Below are positions 18,886 through 24,000 of a stretch of 24,000 nt of DNA, in pieces. How positions within the stretch are numbered: the first letter of the stretch is position 1; the number at the start of each line of letters is the position of its first letter. Below the pieces are notes generated by a model that worked only from the letters and a program-made list of their open reading frames with translations, did no database searches and was not told the DNA's origin. Source of the DNA: Firmicutes bacterium ZOR0006. Lineage in GTDB: Bacteria > Bacillota_I > Bacilli_A > Culicoidibacterales > ZOR0006. The DNA is taken from NCBI GenBank assembly GCA_000798955.1, contig JTLC01000017.1, forward strand, positions 1 to 24,000, given 5' to 3'. The position numbers were made by a program, and so were the translations under genes.

Positions 18886-18894
18886 TGTTATAAT
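18886..18894 (+). promoter_or_regulatory. Extended -10 promoter element of the GH73 gene
   Basis: TGtTATAAT. The TTCTA-ttt-TAGA motif (18903-18914) lies at the predicted start. GGGAG RBS 6 nt before ATG 18933. Confidence 0.45.
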
Positions 18895-18932
18895 GAAAAA
18901 GGTTCTATTTTAGATGAGAAAGGGAGAAAAAA

Positions 18933-21900
18933 ATGAAAAAAATATTTATTTTAGTGCTAACAATCGTAATGACAATGACAAATGTTTTGCCAACGATTGC
19001 TGCAACAACGACACGACAACAAGAAACAACAACAGCACCAAATAAATCAGGGAATGAAACCAGTGATTTAGGCGGGGAAACAGAATCAACAACAGGCGAA
19101 TTACTCCCAGAAACAACTATTCCAGAACAGCCGGAAACAACACCGGAGAACAACGAAGATAGAACAACAGTAGAAACACCAAGCGAAGAAGTACAAGAAG
19201 AGTTAGAGAACGAATCGGAAACAAACGCAGGTGAAGGGGAATCTGAAGAACAAGAAGTGCCGACAGAAGAAATAAGTAGACTTTATACAGAAAAAGCAAC
19301 ACCAATTGTGACTCAAGGTGTTCAAACATTCCGTAGTCAAGCAGTGATTAATGAATTTGCGAAGGGGCAAGTAAATTTTGATATTGACCCAGAAGTTGAA
19401 GCAGCATTTGCTGAACGTGTGCAAAGCGTCCAAGCATTTGAGCCGCAATCACCACAACCATATGAAGTTGCCGCGGTAACTGCGTCTGGCGACTATGTTT
19501 TTGTTGAAGGCCAAGCGACATACGATGCGGCAGTAGAACAAGCAGCTGAAGTTGTGGCGAATCAAGAAAATGCTGAAGTCAGCACAATTTTTGCAGATGA
19601 AAATATGGAAATTGTAGATGCTGTCGTATTGAATAACCAAGGAGTGATTACGTACAGTACACAGTCGAATATTGTTCGGGTTTTCAAAACGATTAATGGC
19701 GCACTTTATACTGGATGTGACAAAAATACGGATTTATATAGCAGTGCAACACTCAGCAGTGCATCAGGATATGTGAATCAATGTTATGTTGATGATGTAG
19801 CACTACTTGGAATTCAAGGGGATGCTGCTAAAGTTTTAGTTTCAGGTAAAGTTGCTTGGATTCGCATTTCAACGGATCTTGTGTTTGTGACACCACAACA
19901 AGTGACGAATCCAAGTTATTATGTGAATGAAAACGGAAATTTTGTGCACTTTATCACAAAAAACTTAACAAATCCAAATTCAGGTGGTTCGAAGATTACA
20001 ATTGGTCCTGCGAATACAACACTCGCAAATGGGACAAAATATTATAGTTATGATGGGAAGTATTTTTATACTGATCCAGAAGTAATTGGACCAGATATGG
20101 CCGATGGGGTGACAAACCAAGCAGTTAATGCCAGTAGTCCATACTATAACTATTTTCTGAATCTACCATTTAATAGTAAAGCAGTGGCGACAGCGGCACA
20201 AATTGATAGTTACATTAATGCCAATACACAGGCGACGAGTAAATTACGTAATACCGGGCAAGCATTTATTGATGCTCAAGAAAAGTACGGAATTAACGCG
20301 ATGTTGATGCTTGGAATTGCTATCAATGAAAGTGGTTGGGGAATGAGTGACATTGCCCAGACAAAAAATAATTTATTTGGTTTGAATGCGATTGACGCTA
20401 CACCTGGCGAGTCAGCGAATTACTTTTCAAGTGTTGCCCAATGTATTAATGATTATGCAAGCGATTGGTTAGCTCAAGGTTATGCTGATCCACAAGATTG
20501 GCGTTACTATGGCGGTATGCTTGGAAATAAAAATATGGGAGCAAATGTGAAGTACGCTTCGGATCCATTCTGGGCAGAAAAAGCGGCGGCCCATATTTAC
20601 ACGGTTGATCGTGGGATTAATGGGGGAAATTCAAAAGAGTGGAACTATTATTCAATTGGAATTTTCACAACACCAAATAGTGTCAAAAATGCATCGGGGC
20701 AAGAAGTTTATCCAATAACAGCACCAGATGCTAATGGAGTGTTGAGCTTATACAGTGGGTATACAGAAACACCGATTGTTTTGAAAGAAACAGATTCATC
20801 GGATGGAAAATATCTTGTGTGGCCAGCACGAAATAATATTCTCAGTAGTAGTAACAATGTACCAACAGCATTACCATACAGTTGGAACAGCAACGAGTAT
20901 GTGAATAGTAGTGGAGTTGAAGTAATAACAGGAATAAAATCGATGCAAGTTGCTAGCAGTTTTGATACCAAAACGATTAGTAATACTGGGACATTGAATT
21001 TAAATGGTTGGTTAATTAGTCAAAATATGAATATTTTAACATCCAATGATTTACGTGCCGAGTTTATTATCAATGATCAAACATACGCAACATCAACACG
21101 ATGGCAACGTAGTGATATCACGCCACTCTACGGTGGTGGACGTTATGAGTATCCATGGGCAGGGTTTGATTTGAAAGTCGATTTGTCTAGTTTAGCAATT
21201 GGAACATATACATATGCAATCAAATTAAGTGAAGAAGGATATCATACAACGAATATTACAATTCCAGGAACGATTAAACAAACGGTTGGAGATAAGATTA
21301 TTACCATAAGTGGTTCAACGATTAAAGTTGAAAGTGCAATTCAAACGATGCAACCGGTTTATAGTTTTGATCAATTGAATTTGGATACAAGAGGAAAGCT
21401 CAGCTTTTCTGGTTGGATGATTAGTAAGAATATGGATATTCTGACACCAAATGATATGAAAATTGAATTTGTGGTATCTGATAATGGCGATAAAGTCCTA
21501 GCAACGGCAGAGCGCTGGCAACGAGACGATATTACGTCATTATATGGAGACGGCAAGTATACTTACCCGTGGGCAGGGATGCGATTGAATGTAGATTTGA
21601 GTACATTGGCTGTGGGAACATATGCATATCACCTACGATTAAGTCAATCGGGATACCAAACAATGGGACTATCAATTCCGGGCATAGCAACTCAAATTGT
21701 GAATGGAAAAAAAATTACTATCAGTGGATCGACAATTAAAGTTGAAAGCGCGCCACAAACAATGCAACCGGTTCATAGTTTTGATTATGTAAAATTAAAT
21801 ACTGCTGGACAATTAGATTTCTATGGTTGGATGATTAGTAAAAATATGAATATTTTAACGCCCAATGATATGAAGATTGAATTTGTATTATCGAATAATG

Positions 21901-22586
21901 GTGATAAAGTCTTAGCAACAGCAGAGCGTTGGCAACGAGATGATATTACATCATTATATGGAGAGGGGAAATATGCTTATCCGTGGGCGGGAATGCGATT
22001 GAATGTAGATTTGAGTTCATTAGCGGCAGGAACATACGAATACCATTTACGCCTCAGCCAATCAGGGTATCAAACATATGGATTATCGATTCCAGGAACA
22101 ATTACTCAGTTAGTGAATGGAAAGAAAATCACAATAAGTGGCTCGACGATTAAAGTTGAAAATGCAATCCAAACAATGCAACCGGTTTACAGTTTTGATC
22201 AAATAAAACTAGATACGACAGGAAAACTCAATTTTTACGGTTGGATGATTAGTAAAAATATGAATATTTTGACACAAAGTGATATGAAAATTGAATTTGT
22301 ATTGTCGAATAATGGCGATAAAGTCTTAGCAACAGCAGAGCGTTGGCAACGAGATGATATTACACCTTTATATGGACAAGGAAATTATACATATCCGTGG
22401 GCGGGTATGAGGTTGAATGTAGATTTGAGTACATTAGCACCTGGTACCTATGGTTATCATTTACGCCTCAGTCAACCAGGATATCAAACATATGGATTAT
22501 CGATTCCAGGAACAACAAGCCAAGTGGTGAATGGAAAGAAAATCACAATAAGTGGCTCAACAGTCAAAATTGAACGAGTAAACTAA
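18933..22586 (+). CDS. Large secreted peptidoglycan hydrolase: signal peptide, acidic T/E-rich linker, GH73 N-acetylglucosaminidase domain, four C-terminal tandem repeats
   Basis: Signal peptide MKKIFILVLTIVMTMTNVLPTIAA. GH73 core ~20240-20610 (AFIDAQEKYGINAMLMLGIAINESGWGMS..NNLFGL..YASDPFWAEK). Four repeats at 20943-22583. No LPXTG, LysM or choline-binding motif seen. Confidence 0.88.
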   Translation: MKKIFILVLTIVMTMTNVLPTIAATTTRQQETTTAPNKSGNETSDLGGETESTTGELLPETTIPEQPETTPENNEDRTTVETPSEEVQEELENESETNAGEGESEEQEVPTEEISRLYTEKATPIVTQGVQTFRSQAVINEFAKGQVNFDIDPEVEAAFAERVQSVQAFEPQSPQPYEVAAVTASGDYVFVEGQATYDAAVEQAAEVVANQENAEVSTIFADENMEIVDAVVLNNQGVITYSTQSNIVRVFKTINGALYTGCDKNTDLYSSATLSSASGYVNQCYVDDVALLGIQGDAAKVLVSGKVAWIRISTDLVFVTPQQVTNPSYYVNENGNFVHFITKNLTNPNSGGSKITIGPANTTLANGTKYYSYDGKYFYTDPEVIGPDMADGVTNQAVNASSPYYNYFLNLPFNSKAVATAAQIDSYINANTQATSKLRNTGQAFIDAQEKYGINAMLMLGIAINESGWGMSDIAQTKNNLFGLNAIDATPGESANYFSSVAQCINDYASDWLAQGYADPQDWRYYGGMLGNKNMGANVKYASDPFWAEKAAAHIYTVDRGINGGNSKEWNYYSIGIFTTPNSVKNASGQEVYPITAPDANGVLSLYSGYTETPIVLKETDSSDGKYLVWPARNNILSSSNNVPTALPYSWNSNEYVNSSGVEVITGIKSMQVASSFDTKTISNTGTLNLNGWLISQNMNILTSNDLRAEFIINDQTYATSTRWQRSDITPLYGGGRYEYPWAGFDLKVDLSSLAIGTYTYAIKLSEEGYHTTNITIPGTIKQTVGDKIITISGSTIKVESAIQTMQPVYSFDQLNLDTRGKLSFSGWMISKNMDILTPNDMKIEFVVSDNGDKVLATAERWQRDDITSLYGDGKYTYPWAGMRLNVDLSTLAVGTYAYHLRLSQSGYQTMGLSIPGIATQIVNGKKITISGSTIKVESAPQTMQPVHSFDYVKLNTAGQLDFYGWMISKNMNILTPNDMKIEFVLSNNGDKVLATAERWQRDDITSLYGEGKYAYPWAGMRLNVDLSSLAAGTYEYHLRLSQSGYQTYGLSIPGTITQLVNGKKITISGSTIKVENAIQTMQPVYSFDQIKLDTTGKLNFYGWMISKNMNILTQSDMKIEFVLSNNGDKVLATAERWQRDDITPLYGQGNYTYPWAGMRLNVDLSTLAPGTYGYHLRLSQPGYQTYGLSIPGTTSQVVNGKKITISGSTVKIERVN
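20943..22583 (+). repeat. Four in-frame tandem coding repeats (405, 414, 414, 408 nt) within the GH73 gene
   Basis: Units start at 20943, 21348, 21762 and 22176, each opening with ATGCAA. Conserved ..GW(M/L)IS(K/Q)NM..WQR.DIT.LYG.G.Y.YPWAG..L.VDLS.L..GTY.. and ..ITISGSTIKVE... Units 2-4 are highly similar at the DNA level. Confidence 0.9.
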
Positions 22587-22589
22587 AAA

Positions 22590-22635
22590 AAGCCATCCCT
22601 TGTGTTAAAGTGGTACACTGGGGAGGCTTTTTTTG
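22590..22635 (+). terminator. Rho-independent terminator after the GH73 gene
   Basis: Imperfect stem AGCCATCCC..TGTG / CAC..GGGGAGGCT followed by T7. Confidence 0.55.
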
Positions 22636-22745
22636 TGATGGAAAATGTTATTGTGATGATAATCGACGAGATATTTTAAAAGTATATAATTGTAAAAAAA
22701 AATGATATAATGTTAAAATAGGCAAAATTTATAGGAGAAGGTTTT

Positions 22746-23867
22746 ATGAAAAAAATTGTTTTTATGGGATATCCGGATTTTTCAGATAATAGTTTTGCTG
22801 TTTTTCATCAGATGATAAAACAAGGGGTTCAGCGCAAATATGTTTGGTTTTATTATAAAAAAAACAAAGACTATATAGCGAAAAAATGCCAGAATTACTT
22901 CGAAGAACAGGAATTGAAAAATGTTGTTTTTATTGAAGCAGAAAATATTTTGAAAGTCTTGTGGCATTATCTTACAGCTACGGCAATTATTAGTACTCAC
23001 GGGTGCGTAGAGGTGCTACCTTTGTTAAAGTGGCAACAAAAAATCAATTTATGGCACGGTATGCCACTAAAGAATATTGCTGCACTTGATGGCGGGAAAT
23101 CACCACAGAAAATGAATAGCACAATAGCGACGTCACCGGTCTTTAGAGAAGTAATAGCAAAGTGTTTTGAATTAGATATCAATCAAGTACAAAAAATAGG
23201 TTCGCCTAGAATGGATTTTCTTTTCTATGATACAAAAAAACTTAAAAGTATCTTTGGTGTAGAAAACCATCCACATATCTATATGTGGATGCCAACATAC
23301 CGGAAAAGTAGTGAAGGTAAAGAACATAGTGATGGTAACGTCAAAAAAACAATTGGTGGATTAAGTGCAGAAGACCTTAAAAAGTTAGATGAAACTTTAG
23401 GTAAGAAACAAGAATTTTTATTTGTTAAATTACATCCAATGGATTTTTTAAATCAGGAGATGGAAGCATTTGATTTTAAAAATATCAAAATATTTACGAG
23501 CCAAGCTTTCTTAGATTACGGCTACGAAGTAAATCATTTTTTAGCAATGGCAGATGTGTTGATTACTGACTATTCTTCTGTTTACTTTGATTATGCTATT
23601 TTAAATAGACCAATTATTGTCTATACGGATGATGCAGATGCTTATCGAAATAATCGAGGTTTTACAAACGACAAAATTTTTGAAGTTATGAATACTTCTC
23701 AGGTGATTAGTGATAAAGAAGACTTACTAAGAGTAATTGAATTGCCAATTGCCGATTTAAAGATTTTGGATGAAGAGTCGAATGAATTTATTAATCAGTA
23801 TGCAATTGAGCAAAAAAAATCAGGGAAAAGTTATTCGGAAATATTTTTACAAAACAATAACTTGTAG
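22746..23867 (+). CDS. CDP-glycerol glycerophosphotransferase (TagB/TagF family), teichoic acid synthesis
   Basis: WHGMPLK, WMPTYR, KLHPMD and [20 protein letters not shown] motifs typical of the Glyphos_transf family. AGGAGAAGG RBS. Confidence 0.85.
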   Translation: MKKIVFMGYPDFSDNSFAVFHQMIKQGVQRKYVWFYYKKNKDYIAKKCQNYFEEQELKNVVFIEAENILKVLWHYLTATAIISTHGCVEVLPLLKWQQKINLWHGMPLKNIAALDGGKSPQKMNSTIATSPVFREVIAKCFELDINQVQKIGSPRMDFLFYDTKKLKSIFGVENHPHIYMWMPTYRKSSEGKEHSDGNVKKTIGGLSAEDLKKLDETLGKKQEFLFVKLHPMDFLNQEMEAFDFKNIKIFTSQAFLDYGYEVNHFLAMADVLITDYSSVYFDYAILNRPIIVYTDDADAYRNNRGFTNDKIFEVMNTSQVISDKEDLLRVIELPIADLKILDEESNEFINQYAIEQKKSGKSYSEIFLQNNNL

Positions 23868-23881
23868 GGAGAACAATAATT

Positions 23882-24000
23882 ATGAAACGAATTATTACAT
23901 ATGGAACTTTTGATTTGTTGCATTATGGTCATATTAACTTATTAAAACGCGCGAAGGAACAAGGCGATTATTTAATTGTTGCGTTATCTACGGATGAATT
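23882..24000 (+). CDS. tagD: Glycerol-3-phosphate cytidylyltransferase (partial, runs off right edge)
   Basis: My translation from ATG 23882 gives [39 protein letters not shown], a near-canonical TagD N-terminus with the (T/H)xGH motif. It is absent from the ORF track because there is no stop in the window. Confidence 0.88.
   Translation, partial: MKRIITYGTFDLLHYGHINLLKRAKEQGDYLIVALSTDE

Noticed and set aside
18704-18932. Canonical LexA/Cheo box (CGAAC-N4-GTTCG) in the repressor/GH73 divergent region.
   Set aside because: Only partial resemblances occur (CGAACGTGGTC at 18764-18774; AAACGTTGTTTC at 18808-18819), and neither forms the palindrome. The regulator also has an XRE HTH, so a Cheo box is not expected.
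22500-22586. Sortase sorting signal at the C-terminus of the GH73 protein, given the nearby sortase gene.
   Set aside because: The C-terminus is ..GKKITISGSTVKIERVN, with no LPXTG-like motif, hydrophobic segment or basic tail.
17676-22700. Possible prophage or genomic island integrated at ssrA. A CI-like repressor and a lysin-like GH73 enzyme sit next to a classic integration hotspot.
   Set aside because: There is no integrase, no Cro/antirepressor, no structural, terminase or holin genes, and no direct repeat of the ssrA 3' end (..GGTTCGATTCCCGTCACCTCCACCA) downstream in the window. The GH73 protein has a Sec signal peptide and a 1217-aa multi-domain autolysin architecture rather than an endolysin layout. 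At most it is an ancient remnant.

Overview
Chromosomal, mostly core-genome window from a low-GC Gram-positive bacterium (Bacillota). The exact taxon cannot be determined from the sequence alone. I support 20 protein-coding genes (17 on +, 3 on -) plus tmRNA. In order: radA, glpX, ispD-ispF, gltX, gpmI, maf(-), queH, a NadR-type NMN adenylyltransferase-like gene, eno, a small orphan gene(-), secG, rnr, a CapA-family gene, smpB, a small sortase, ssrA (tmRNA), an XRE-HTH/S24 LexA-like repressor(-), a 1217-aa secreted GH73 glucosaminidase with four C-terminal tandem repeats, a TagB/TagF-family glycerophosphotransferase, and tagD (partial at the right edge). I found no CRISPR array, IS element, integrase, rRNA/tRNA gene or recognisable defence system. 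Three things stand out. (1) A modular, hairpin-rich intergenic repeat family is present at three loci (four body copies). Its stems vary but stay complementary while the linkers are conserved, which fits a structured RNA or terminator cassette. (2) An autocleavage-competent XRE/S24 repressor is divergently transcribed from the giant GH73 wall hydrolase, and the same short motif sits at both predicted transcription starts. (3) The GH73 protein carries four ~135-138-aa repeats of unassigned family, three of which are highly similar at the nucleotide level. All functional calls rest on motif recognition by eye, and no database search or folding computation was possible.
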